Assembly (NCBI GenBank): GCA_003141835.1
Contig: PLNR01000006.1
Span: forward strand, 14,558-78,557
Source of the DNA: Candidatus Omnitrophota bacterium
GTDB taxonomy: Bacteria > Omnitrophota > Gorgyraeia > Pluralincolimonadales > Pluralincolimonadaceae
Direction of reading: 5' to 3'
Length of the DNA: 64,000 bases
The position numbers were made by a program, and so were the translations under genes. Within the stretch, counting starts at the first letter, position 1; every line of letters begins with the position of its first letter. Of this stretch, positions 37,369 to 46,590 are shown piece by piece. The notes beneath the pieces are model-generated. The model saw only the letters and a list, made by a program, of their open reading frames with translations, had not been told where the DNA came from and made no database searches.

Positions 37369-39608
37369 TGACGTTTGCGGTATTTACTTTCGGTTTCACC
37401 GCGATGGCCGTCCAGATACTGATGATGCGGGAACTCCTGGTGGTCTTCTACGGGAACGAGCTTTCCGCAGGCGTCATGCTCGCCTCCTGGCTCTTCTGGG
37501 TCGCGGCGGGAAGCTTCGCAGCAAGGTTCAAAAAGTTCCGGGAAGAGATATTCCACTTACTACTCCTTTCCGTTTCTATAATCGCGCCGGCTACTATATA
37601 TTTTATAAGAGAGTTAAGGAACATCCTCGGCGTCTCCGCCGGCGAGCTGATCGGGCCGGTGCCGATGGCTTTATCCGTTTTTATCCTGCTCGCTCCGGCC
37701 TGCCTGGTCTTCGGTTCCCTTTTCGCGGTCAGCTGCCGCCTCGCCTCACCGGAAACGCCTTCGGCACCGGCCACAGCCGGAAAGATCTACATGATAGAAT
37801 CGCTTGGCGCTGTCGCCGGAGGCGTCGCGTTCAATCTGGTCTTGATCTATATCTTCGCCCCCTTACAGATAGCTCTATTCTGCGGCGTATTGAACGCCAT
37901 CGCCGTTCTTGTAGTCGCCGACAGGAATAAGGCTCCTATAAGATGGGCGGCGACTTTGGTATTCATGTGTTCCGTTTCCGTTTATATCATGTTCGGCTCA
38001 GGACTGAACGATTTCGAGATGCGTCAGGCGCAATGGAAGGGCCTCGAGCTGATAACCGTAAAAGATTCCAAATACGGGAATATCGCGTTGACAAAGCTCG
38101 GCTCCCAATTCAACCTGTTCGAGAACGGGCTCCTTACCGCGGCGACCAACGACCCGCTCACAGCCGAAGAATCGGTCCATTACGCGATGCTCGAGCACCC
38201 GGCGCCCAAAAAAATCCTGCTTATAGGCGGGGCGTTGAACGGCGCACTGGATGAGGTGCTGAAACATCCGGTCGAGTCGGTCGATTGCATCGAGCTCGAC
38301 CCCGAATCTGTGGAGGTCGCAAAAGAAAGGTACCCTGCGGGATCGCTCGCGGGCTTATCCGACCGCAGGGTAAAGATGCATTATCTTGATGCCAGGCTCT
38401 TTGTAAAGGAAAGAGCCCTGGCACTGGACGCGCCTTCCTCGCGATACGACGTAATAATACTTACCCTTCCGAACCCTTATACGGCGCAGATAAACAGGTT
38501 CTTCTCTTTTGAATTTTACGGGGAGGCCAGGCGCATACTTGACGCGAACGGCGTCTTCTCCTTCGGAGTGACGTCTTCAGGGGATTATATAAGCGCCGGA
38601 CAGGCCAGGTTCCTGAAGTGCCTCGTCCTTACCCTTTCAAAGCGTTTCCCCGATATAAAGATCATCCCGGGAGACAATAATTATTTCCTCGCCTCGCCTT
38701 CCGCCGGCATCCTGACATATGACTATAAGACGCTCGTCGCGAGGGCCAAAGAAAGAAACCTCGCGCTTAAATTCGTCAACGAACATTACCTGCCGGATAA
38801 GCTGGACCCGATGCGCGTAGAATACCTCGAGGGCGCGATAAAGGCCGCTAAGGGGGCAAAGATAAATTTCGACCTGCGGCCGGTCGGATATTATTATGAC
38901 CTGGTCCTTTGGTCGGCGCGGGTCGACCCGCGGCTCAAGTCTTTCCTTGAGGGGCTCAATACCTTCAACTGGGGGATAATATTGGGGATACTGGGTTTTG
39001 CCTTCATCGGCCTGACCCTGTTCCGCGGGAAGAGCGATTCCTTGAAACGGATGCCGTATTTCATCTCGATCGGGATTACTGGTTTCACTACGATGCTGCT
39101 GCAGGTGGTCCTTATACTGGCGTTCCAGTCGGCGTACGGCTACGTCTACTACAAGATGGGGCTTATATTCGCCTCGTTCATGCTGGGGCTTGCCGGCGGG
39201 AGTTACGCCGCAGCGGCCTCTAAGCCGTTTAAAAATGATGCGTCACTCGCTAAGCCGTACTTCAATATACAGGCCGCACTCTGCGCCTACTGCCTCCTAC
39301 TCCCGGTCGCGCTCCGTATGAATTGGGTCTCCGAGGGGTTCTTCCTGTTATTGCCGGCAGCCGCGGGGCTTTTGGGAGGGCTGCAGTTCACTATAGCGAA
39401 CAGGATATGTTCCGGCGGCAATAGGAATCTTGCGCCGGCGATCTACGCAGTCGACCTTATAGGCGCGTGCGCCGGATCGCTGTTGGCCGCCGCGGTAATA
39501 ATACCTGTCAAGGGAATGGACTTCGCGTGCATCTCGGTGGGGTTCGTGAATCTCGCGGTGCTGGTGTTACTCGCGGGCGGGGATCAGCTCTTCCTCTCTA
39601 AAACATAA
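37356..39608 (+). CDS. Fused membrane/spermidine-synthase-like SAM-dependent transferase
   Basis: N- and C-terminal TM blocks (YGNEL, IYMIESLG, YAVDLIG); central SAM fold (ESVHYAM, ILLIGG, IELDP, DARLF). Start uncertain (GTG 37329 or 37356). Confidence 0.85.
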   Translation: MTRPLTFAVFTFGFTAMAVQILMMRELLVVFYGNELSAGVMLASWLFWVAAGSFAARFKKFREEIFHLLLLSVSIIAPATIYFIRELRNILGVSAGELIGPVPMALSVFILLAPACLVFGSLFAVSCRLASPETPSAPATAGKIYMIESLGAVAGGVAFNLVLIYIFAPLQIALFCGVLNAIAVLVVADRNKAPIRWAATLVFMCSVSVYIMFGSGLNDFEMRQAQWKGLELITVKDSKYGNIALTKLGSQFNLFENGLLTAATNDPLTAEESVHYAMLEHPAPKKILLIGGALNGALDEVLKHPVESVDCIELDPESVEVAKERYPAGSLAGLSDRRVKMHYLDARLFVKERALALDAPSSRYDVIILTLPNPYTAQINRFFSFEFYGEARRILDANGVFSFGVTSSGDYISAGQARFLKCLVLTLSKRFPDIKIIPGDNNYFLASPSAGILTYDYKTLVARAKERNLALKFVNEHYLPDKLDPMRVEYLEGAIKAAKGAKINFDLRPVGYYYDLVLWSARVDPRLKSFLEGLNTFNWGIILGILGFAFIGLTLFRGKSDSLKRMPYFISIGITGFTTMLLQVVLILAFQSAYGYVYYKMGLIFASFMLGLAGGSYAAAASKPFKNDASLAKPYFNIQAALCAYCLLLPVALRMNWVSEGFFLLLPAAAGLLGGLQFTIANRICSGGNRNLAPAIYAVDLIGACAGSLLAAAVIIPVKGMDFACISVGFVNLAVLVLLAGGDQLFLSKT

Positions 39609-40567
39609 TCGGCGATCTCACAGAAGGTCTTCCTCAACATGCCGTCGCTGTCGGCGAGCTTCTTCTTTGCCATCTTCACGTAATCGGAAGCTATGCTCTT
39701 CGAGCGCGCTATCGCCCCGGAACTCAGCGCCTTCTCCCTTAATATCCTGTGGGAAGATTTCCCGCCCGAGGTGATGAGCTCGACTATATCCATCCTGTTC
39801 TTCCTGCCGGCGTTCTTTAAAAGGAATATTATGGGCAGGGTGAGTTTTCCTTTTTCCATGTCCTGCCAGACGGATTTCCCGAGCTGGCTCTCTTTCCCGG
39901 TGAGGTCGAGGCAATCGTCGGTTATCTGGAAAGCCACGCCCAGATAAAGCCCGTAAGCCGTAAGCCGGTTTATCTTATCCTCGCTGAGGCGCCCGAGCAT
40001 GCCGCCGACCGCGCAGCAATCCGAGATGAGATAGGCGCTCTTCTTTTTTATTATATCGAGGTAGTCCTTCTCAGTGACATCGAAATTATAGGCGTTTGCC
40101 AGCTGCGAAAGTTCCCCCTCGCACATCCTGGCGGCCGTCTTGGCAAAGACCGTCATTATCCTCGGCTCGTCGAGCTTCGAGACTATGTCGAAAGCGCGCG
40201 CCAAGAGGTAATCGCCGGCTATGACCGAGACGGCATTGCCCCATTTGCTGTTTATCGTCCGCTGGCTGCGCCTTAACACCGCCTCGTCTATTATATCGTC
40301 GTGCACGAGGCTCGCGGCATGTATTAGCTCTATCGCCACGCCGACCGATACGGCCTTCTCCATATCGCCTTCGCCCAATTTGGCCGAAAGCAGGACCAGC
40401 GTAGGCCTGAAGAACTTTCCGCGCGTCTTCGACAGGTATTTTCCTATGCCCCGTATCGGCTCGGATCTCCATTTGAGCTGGTGCGCGTAATTGCTCTTCA
40501 CCGCGGCGAGTTCCGCAGCGACCGGACTGACTATGTTATCGAGTTCTTTCATGCCGCCTTTCATCAT
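39584..40567 (-). CDS. Polyprenyl diphosphate synthase (IspB/HepT-like)
   Basis: GKFFRP, HAASLVHDDIID, FQITDDCLD, GKLTLP. Confidence 0.93.
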   Translation of the reverse strand: MMKGGMKELDNIVSPVAAELAAVKSNYAHQLKWRSEPIRGIGKYLSKTRGKFFRPTLVLLSAKLGEGDMEKAVSVGVAIELIHAASLVHDDIIDEAVLRRSQRTINSKWGNAVSVIAGDYLLARAFDIVSKLDEPRIMTVFAKTAARMCEGELSQLANAYNFDVTEKDYLDIIKKKSAYLISDCCAVGGMLGRLSEDKINRLTAYGLYLGVAFQITDDCLDLTGKESQLGKSVWQDMEKGKLTLPIIFLLKNAGRKNRMDIVELITSGGKSSHRILREKALSSGAIARSKSIASDYVKMAKKKLADSDGMLRKTFCEIADYVLERKS

Positions 40568-40746
40568 CCCGCTAATCTCCTGTAATAACGGCCTTCTTTA
40601 TCGGAAACATTGGGACTGCGCGGCTGCCGCTTGAAAATACCTGCAAACGCTTTTAGCGGCGAGCCGAACAAAGCCAGCGCTGCGACGATCAATACGTTAT
40701 TTTTCAGGAATTCCCTTCTCGTCATGCCTTCTTTTAGTTTATCCAT
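40564..40746 (-). CDS. Small twin-arginine-signal peptide ending KEGRYYRRLAG
   Basis: SD AGGAGG; TRREFLK Tat motif, h-region, AFA cleavage-like site; 4-bp overlap with the next gene. Confidence 0.75.
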   Translation of the reverse strand: MDKLKEGMTRREFLKNNVLIVAALALFGSPLKAFAGIFKRQPRSPNVSDKEGRYYRRLAG

Positions 40747-40785
40747 ACCGCCTCCTGTCGTTATCCCCTTATACGGGGGATGGTC

Positions 40786-41769
40786 TCACTGCCATACTCC
40801 CGGTATCGCCTCATTGCAAGAGGCGCATCTCCCGTTCGCGACATTATTTTCCAGCACATCGTAGCCTACGCGTTTTATCAAAAGTTTCCGGCATTTGGGG
40901 CAATAAGTATTATTCCCGTCATGCGCCGGGATATTCCCGATATAAGCGTAATGGATCCCCCTCTTTTTGGCCGTCTGCCACGCCGCGTCGAGCGTCTCCT
41001 CAGGGGTCGGCGGCAGGTTCTTTAACTGGTACTGCGGCCAGAATTTAGAAAAATGCAGCGGGACATCGACGCCTACGTTATCCACCGTCCAATCTATCAG
41101 GCGGGCTACATCATCTTTCTTGTCGTTTAGGGTCGGGACTATGAGGTTGACGAGCTCCATCCAGACCTTGCGTTCTTTGATCATCTTTATCGTATCGAGG
41201 ACCGGCTGGAGCCTTCCCAGGGAAACCTTATTATAGAACTCTTCGGTTATCCCCTTAAAATCCACCTTTATCGCGTCGACCGCCGAACATAACTCATCGA
41301 GCGGCTTGGGGTTGATATATCCGGCGGTGATAAATACGCTTTTGACGCCCGCCTTCCGGCCTATCTTCGCGGTATCCACGACATATTCCTGGAATATGAC
41401 CGGGTCGTTGTAAGTATACGCTATCGACCTGCAGTTATACGCGGCCGCCTTGCGCACCAGCTCCGCGGGAGGAAGATCCATGTTATTGGTATCTTCCGGG
41501 TTTGACTGCGAGATGTCCCAATTCTGGCAATACTTGCAGTGGAGATTGCACCCGGCGGTGCCTATCGAGAAGGCCGTCGATGCGGGAAGAAAATGGTAGA
41601 GGGGTTTCTTTTCAATGGGGTCTACGTGGACCGCGCAGGGCTTCCCGTAGACGAGGCTTATTACCTTGCCGCCCTTGTTCGCCCTTGCCCTGCAATTGCC
41701 CTTCTGGCCTTCATCAAGGACGCATAGGTTGGGGCATAGCTCACACTGAACGAGATCTCCCTTTGCCAT
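40786..41769 (-). CDS. amrS: AmmeMemoRadiSam system radical SAM enzyme
   Basis: CELCPNLC, DPIEKKPLYHF, GCNLHCKYCQN, SIAYTYNDP, TYCPKC. Confidence 0.92.
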   Translation of the reverse strand: MAKGDLVQCELCPNLCVLDEGQKGNCRARANKGGKVISLVYGKPCAVHVDPIEKKPLYHFLPASTAFSIGTAGCNLHCKYCQNWDISQSNPEDTNNMDLPPAELVRKAAAYNCRSIAYTYNDPVIFQEYVVDTAKIGRKAGVKSVFITAGYINPKPLDELCSAVDAIKVDFKGITEEFYNKVSLGRLQPVLDTIKMIKERKVWMELVNLIVPTLNDKKDDVARLIDWTVDNVGVDVPLHFSKFWPQYQLKNLPPTPEETLDAAWQTAKKRGIHYAYIGNIPAHDGNNTYCPKCRKLLIKRVGYDVLENNVANGRCASCNEAIPGVWQ

Positions 41770-41790
41770 ATGATGGCCCCTTTTACGGGA

Positions 41791-43185
41791 CTACTCCTCG
41801 TCGGAGACAAAAACCTCGGGAAGGAATTTCTTGGCTTTCCTCAGCATCTCCTGGTTCGAGATGACGGTCGTCCTGCCTCTGGTGTATTCGGAATCGACCC
41901 ATTCCTTTACCTTCAGCACGCCCGGATTATCCTTGGCGACTTCCTCCTCCTTGCCGAGGTTCAGGTAGAGGTTGAGCCACTTGGCTATCCCCGCGGCTCC
42001 GGATTTGTCGTTTATCGCGACGCCGACCTTCTTCTTGAGGATCTTCTCTGTATTGAATACGTTATATATCTCCTCGTCCTTTATCAGGCCGTCGGCGTGG
42101 ATGCCCGCGCTCGTCATATTGAAATTCCTGCCGACGAACGGCTGGTTATGCGGGATCTCGTAGCCTATCTCTTTAGTGAAATATTCGGCGATGTCGGTAA
42201 TGGCGGTCGTATCTATGCCGTCCTTTACGCCGCGGAGGGCGAGATATTCCATCACGAGGCCCTCAATAGGGGTGTTGCCGGTCCTCTCTCCTATGCCGAG
42301 CATAGCGCCGTTAGCCGCGCAGCAGCCGTAAAGCCAGGAGGTGGTCGCGTTGATGAGCCCGTGGTAAAAATCGTTATGTCCATGCCACTCGAGCTGCTCC
42401 GACGGGACCTCGGCGAGATTGACGAGGCCGTATATTATCCCCTTGACGCTCCTCGGGAGCGCCGCTCCGGGATAGGTCACGCCGTAGCCCAAGGTGTCGC
42501 AGGCCCTTATCTTTATCGGTATCTTCGCCTCTTTCGAAAGCTCCATCAGCTCCTGTACGAATGGTACGACGAACCCGTAAAAATCGGCGCGGGTGATGTC
42601 TTCGAGGTGGCACCTCGGAGTGATCCCGAGGTCGAGGGCGGACTTGACGATGCCGAGGTACATGTCCATCGCCTGTTTCCTCGTCTTCTTGAGCTTTAGG
42701 AATATGTGGTAGTCGGACGCGGAGGTAAGTATGCCGGTCTCTTTAAGGCCCATCTCCTTGACGAGCTTGAAATCTTCTTTTACCGGCCTTATCCATCCGG
42801 TCACCTGGGGGAATTTATAGCCGCGCTCCAGGCATTTTCTTACCGCCTCCTTGTCCTTATCGGTATACAGGAAGAACTCGCATTGCCTTATGAGGCCGTT
42901 CGAACCGGCGAGCCTGTGCAGCATGTCGTAAAGGTCGAGTATCTGTTTTACCGTGAACGGCGGCAGTGACTGCTGGCCGTCCCTGAAAGTCGTATCCGTG
43001 ATCCAGATATCGTCCGGCGGGTTCATCGGGACTATCCGGTGGTTGAATGCGATCTTCGGGACGTCGGTATAGTTGAATATCTCCCTGAAGAGGTTCGGGT
43101 CGTCGATATCTTGGAGCTCATACCTGTAATACTCTTCCTCGAGCGTGTTCGTCTTCTTATTGAACTTTATCTCGCCTTTTCTCAT
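41791..43185 (-). CDS. Re-citrate synthase-like DRE-TIM metallolyase
   Basis: LQDIDDPNLFREIF, DTTFRDGQQ, RCHLEDITRAD, HGHNDF, GIGERTGN, AGIHADG. Confidence 0.8.
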   Translation of the reverse strand: MRKGEIKFNKKTNTLEEEYYRYELQDIDDPNLFREIFNYTDVPKIAFNHRIVPMNPPDDIWITDTTFRDGQQSLPPFTVKQILDLYDMLHRLAGSNGLIRQCEFFLYTDKDKEAVRKCLERGYKFPQVTGWIRPVKEDFKLVKEMGLKETGILTSASDYHIFLKLKKTRKQAMDMYLGIVKSALDLGITPRCHLEDITRADFYGFVVPFVQELMELSKEAKIPIKIRACDTLGYGVTYPGAALPRSVKGIIYGLVNLAEVPSEQLEWHGHNDFYHGLINATTSWLYGCCAANGAMLGIGERTGNTPIEGLVMEYLALRGVKDGIDTTAITDIAEYFTKEIGYEIPHNQPFVGRNFNMTSAGIHADGLIKDEEIYNVFNTEKILKKKVGVAINDKSGAAGIAKWLNLYLNLGKEEEVAKDNPGVLKVKEWVDSEYTRGRTTVISNQEMLRKAKKFLPEVFVSDEE

Positions 43186-43202
43186 CTTCTTACCTCTTTG
43201 CG

Positions 43203-44144
43203 TTAAACCAGACCGGATTTTTTAAGGTACTCTATTCCTTCTTTGACTTGTTCCGCGGACCAGCGGAGCGCAGCCGATTCTTTATCCGAAAGTTTTAATT
43301 CTACTATCCCTTCGACGCCGTCCTCGCCTATCTTGGCCGGGACCCCGCAATACAGGTCGTTGATACCGTATTGCCCCTGGAGGTATACGCTCGCCGGAAG
43401 TACCTCTCCCCTGTCCTTGAGGATCGCCTCGACCATTTCGCACACGGCGCTGGACGGGGCATAATAGGCGCTTCCCGTTTTAAGGAGTGAGACGACCTCG
43501 GCGCCGCCGTCGCGCGTCCTCTGTATTATGGCTTTAAGCTCCGCGTCGGGTATAAGCCCGGATACCGGCTTCCCGCTCACTTTCGCATATTCTATAAGCG
43601 GGACCATCGAGTCGCCGTGTCCGCCGAGCACCATCGCTTCCACTTCCGATGGCAATACTCCGAGCCTTTCCGCTATGAAATATTTTAACCTCGCCGTATC
43701 GAGGACCCCTGCCATCCCGAAGACCTTGCCGCTGTCAAAACCCGATATCTTATAAGCCAGGTACGTCATGATATCCAGCGGGTTCGTCACCATTATTATG
43801 ATCGATCCCGGGCAATATTTGCGTATATTCTCGGCCGCGACCTTGACGATCGCCGCGTTCTTGACCAGGAGGTCTTCGCGCGTCATCCCGGGCTTGCGGG
43901 CCAGGCCTGCGGTCATGATGACCACCCCCGAGCCCTTTATGAGAGAATAATCGGTGCCGCCTTCTATCTTAAAATTATACTCTTCGATCGAGGCCGCTTG
44001 GCCGAGGTCCAAGGCTTTGCCCTTCGCGAGCCCTTCGGCGATATCGACCAGGACGACGTCGGCGAGTTTCCTTTCTACTATCCTCTGCGCGCATGTCCCG
44101 CCGACCTGCCCGGCGCCGATGACCGCGACCTTGAGATTATTCAA
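43203..44144 (-). CDS. mdh: Malate dehydrogenase (LDH-like type)
   Basis: GAGQVG, GKALDL, ARKPGMTREDL, GVLDTAR, GGHGD, GSAYYAP. Confidence 0.93.
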   Translation of the reverse strand: MNNLKVAVIGAGQVGGTCAQRIVERKLADVVLVDIAEGLAKGKALDLGQAASIEEYNFKIEGGTDYSLIKGSGVVIMTAGLARKPGMTREDLLVKNAAIVKVAAENIRKYCPGSIIIMVTNPLDIMTYLAYKISGFDSGKVFGMAGVLDTARLKYFIAERLGVLPSEVEAMVLGGHGDSMVPLIEYAKVSGKPVSGLIPDAELKAIIQRTRDGGAEVVSLLKTGSAYYAPSSAVCEMVEAILKDRGEVLPASVYLQGQYGINDLYCGVPAKIGEDGVEGIVELKLSDKESAALRWSAEQVKEGIEYLKKSGLV

Positions 44145-44637
44145 TCTTGAAATCCCCGTGTTTCTTTATGTGCTCGACGAGCCCGCCGTCGCCGAGTATC
44201 TGGGTCATCGCCTTCGGGAGCGGCGCGAATTTCAGGTCAATGTTCTTTGTCGCGTTCCTTATCACGCCCTTCTCGAGGTTGACCTCGAGCTCGTCCCCGG
44301 CGGCTATCTTATCGGTATCGCACTCTATGGCCGGCAGGCCGATATTTATCGCGTTCCTGAAGAATATCCTCGCGAATGATTTCGCTATAACACAGGAAAC
44401 GCCGGATAATTTTATGATGGCCGGAGCATGCTCCCTTGATGAGCCCAGCCCGAAATTCCTGCCGCCGATCACAAAATCGCCCTTTCCGACCTTTGAGGCG
44501 AACTGCGGGTCCGCGTCTTCCAGGACATGCTTTGCCAATTCGTTAAGGTCAGACCTCAGGTGGAAATACCTTCCCGGGGCGATAAGGTCGGTAGATATAT
44601 CGTTGCCGAATTTCCACGCTTTTCCGCGCAAGACCAT
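44137..44637 (-). CDS. leuD: LeuD/HacB-type aconitase-family small subunit
   Basis: FGNDISTDLI, NFGLGSSREHA, SFARIFFRN. Confidence 0.85.
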   Translation of the reverse strand: MVLRGKAWKFGNDISTDLIAPGRYFHLRSDLNELAKHVLEDADPQFASKVGKGDFVIGGRNFGLGSSREHAPAIIKLSGVSCVIAKSFARIFFRNAINIGLPAIECDTDKIAAGDELEVNLEKGVIRNATKNIDLKFAPLPKAMTQILGDGGLVEHIKKHGDFKIE

Positions 44638-45890
44638 TATAGGTACTCCCTGGGGTCGGTTATCTCACCCTTGATCGCCGAGGCGGCCGCAGTCGCAGGC
44701 GATGCGAGGTATATGAAACTCTTGGGGTTGCCCATCCTTCCGAGAAAATTCCTGTTCGAGGTGGAGATGCAATTCTCCCCGTCACCGAGTATCCCGCCGT
44801 GCACACCGACGCACGCGCCGCAGCCCGGCGTAGTCACCGTCGCCCCGAACTCGATGAACGTCTCGAGCAGGCCTTCCTTGGCCGCCATAAGATATACGTC
44901 CTTTGACGCGGGCGTAACGATTACGCGGGTATCCGGGTCGCGTTTGCGGCCTTTCCATATCTCAGCGACCAGTTTAAGGTCCTCTATCCTGCCGTTCGTG
45001 CACGAGCCGATAAAGACCTGGTGTATCTTGACCTTGCCGATCTTGTCTATGGGCTTGGAGTTATCGACCGTATGCGGCAGCGAGACCATGGGCGCCAGTT
45101 TATCCACTTCGATATTTATCTCTTTTTCGAATTTCGCGTCCTTGTCCGATTTTATTTCGCGGTACTTCTCTTCCCTGCCGTGCTGTTTAAGGTATGCCTT
45201 GGTTATCTTGTCGGAGGAGAATATGCCGGCCTTGGCCCCGGCCTCGACCGCCATGTTCGATATGACCAGCCGCTCCGGCATAGGAAGCGATGACATCGCC
45301 TCGCCTGTAAACTCGAGGGCTTTATAAGTGGCTCCCTCGGCGCCGAGCGTGCCTATAAGGTATAACATGAAATCTTTTGCGTACACGCCGGGCTTGAATT
45401 TACCGCTTACCGCTATCTTTATCGTCTGCGGGACCCTGAACCAGGTCTTGCCCAGGCCCATGGCCACAGCCACGTCGGTAGAGCCCATCCCGGTCGCGAA
45501 AGCGCCCAATGCCCCGCCGGTGCAGGTATGGGAATCGGCGCCGACGAGGACATTGCCGGGCGAGGTAAAAAGCTCGCTCATTATCTGGTGGCATACCCCT
45601 TCGCCTATCTCGAACAGATAGCAGCCCGTCTTCCTCGCGAAATTCCTCAACGTTATGTGGTCGTTAGAGAGCTCTTTCCTGGGCGAGGGCGCCGCGTGGT
45701 CGAGGAATACGGCTATGCCCTGCGGGTTGACGACTTTTTTTATCCCCAGCTGCTCGAGCTGCCTTACCGCGAGCGGCCCGGTGCCGTCCTGCAGGAGGCA
45801 CAGGTCGACCTTGGCGATGACAAAATCGTCCGCCTTTACGTCCTTACCTGAATGCTCGGACAAAATCTTTTCTGAAATTGTTTTTCCCAT
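44637..45890 (-). CDS. leuC: LeuC/HacA-type aconitase-family large subunit
   Basis: GVCHQ, GADSHT, IGSCTNG, CGACVG, NRNFLGRMG. Confidence 0.88.
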   Translation of the reverse strand: MGKTISEKILSEHSGKDVKADDFVIAKVDLCLLQDGTGPLAVRQLEQLGIKKVVNPQGIAVFLDHAAPSPRKELSNDHITLRNFARKTGCYLFEIGEGVCHQIMSELFTSPGNVLVGADSHTCTGGALGAFATGMGSTDVAVAMGLGKTWFRVPQTIKIAVSGKFKPGVYAKDFMLYLIGTLGAEGATYKALEFTGEAMSSLPMPERLVISNMAVEAGAKAGIFSSDKITKAYLKQHGREEKYREIKSDKDAKFEKEINIEVDKLAPMVSLPHTVDNSKPIDKIGKVKIHQVFIGSCTNGRIEDLKLVAEIWKGRKRDPDTRVIVTPASKDVYLMAAKEGLLETFIEFGATVTTPGCGACVGVHGGILGDGENCISTSNRNFLGRMGNPKSFIYLASPATAAASAIKGEITDPREYL

Positions 45891-45906
45891 ATTTGTCTTA
45901 TTAGGT

Positions 45907-45943
45907 ATAAAGCCCGGGAGTTTTCAAAGATCCCGGGCTTTAT
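45907..45943. terminator. Probable intrinsic terminator
   Basis: ATAAAGCCCGGGA/TCCCGGGCTTTAT stem flanked by A/T runs. Confidence 0.65.
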
Positions 45944-45964
45944 TTTAGGTTCAAGGAAATGCTT

Positions 45965-46330
45965 TTATTTCTTTTCGGCTGGCCAGGATTCGTTCGCGGA
46001 TTTTCCGGGCATCTCTGCCGTACCCACAACCCCGGTCTTTACCGTATCTGCCGTCCCGGTAACGGGAGTCGTAACTATCTTTTCCGGCGCGCCTTTTTCG
46101 CCTGTTAACGTCCCGCCGACAGCTTTCCCGGTGTCAGCCACGGTCCCGACGGCCTTTACGCCTGTATCGCCGACGACCTGGGCGGAATCTTTAGCTGCGT
46201 TGAACGGCCAGTGGAACACTCCGCGCCAGAACTTCACAAAACCGTTCTCCTGCTCTTCCGCGCGGGCCGTACCTGCGACCATGCATGTTACAACCATTAC
46301 TGCCAATACCAATAATGCCAACTTCTTCAT
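45965..46330 (-). CDS. Small exported protein with G/T/V-rich repeats
   Basis: Signal peptide ending ARA; SD AAGGGG; repeats VGDTGVKAVGT/VADTGKAVGGT. Confidence 0.75.
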   Translation of the reverse strand: MKKLALLVLAVMVVTCMVAGTARAEEQENGFVKFWRGVFHWPFNAAKDSAQVVGDTGVKAVGTVADTGKAVGGTLTGEKGAPEKIVTTPVTGTADTVKTGVVGTAEMPGKSANESWPAEKK

Positions 46331-46401
46331 CTACTTCCCCCTTTTAATGAGCCCCGACGATCGGGGCGAATTATGTCCGCCAAGATATTTAGCGGACGTC
46401 C

Positions 46402-46590
46402 TTACTCCTCTATAGAGATAGCTTCAACAGGGCAGCTGTCCTTGGCTTCCTTGCAAGTCTCTTCGGCGGCTTTGGGTACCGGATTGACCTTCACGGAAGC
46501 GGTATCGCCCTTCATTTCGAAAACTTCCGGGCATATATTAGTGCAGAGTTCGCAACCGGTGCAGAGATTCGAATCTACCTTCGCCTTCAT
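46402..46590 (-). CDS. Single-cluster ferredoxin
   Basis: CTGCELCTNICP...CPVEAI. Confidence 0.93.
   Translation of the reverse strand: MKAKVDSNLCTGCELCTNICPEVFEMKGDTASVKVNPVPKAAEETCKEAKDSCPVEAISIEE

Noticed and set aside
29700-37370. Integrase- or IS-borne genomic island or prophage
   Set aside because: No integrase, transposase, tRNA att site or phage genes in the window.
41770-41793. The TAG stop of the Re-citrate synthase gene is in frame with amrS (possible read-through fusion)
   Set aside because: A one-in-three coincidence; amrS has its own SD-like AGGGG and ATG; no pyrrolysine genes are seen; other TAG stops behave normally.
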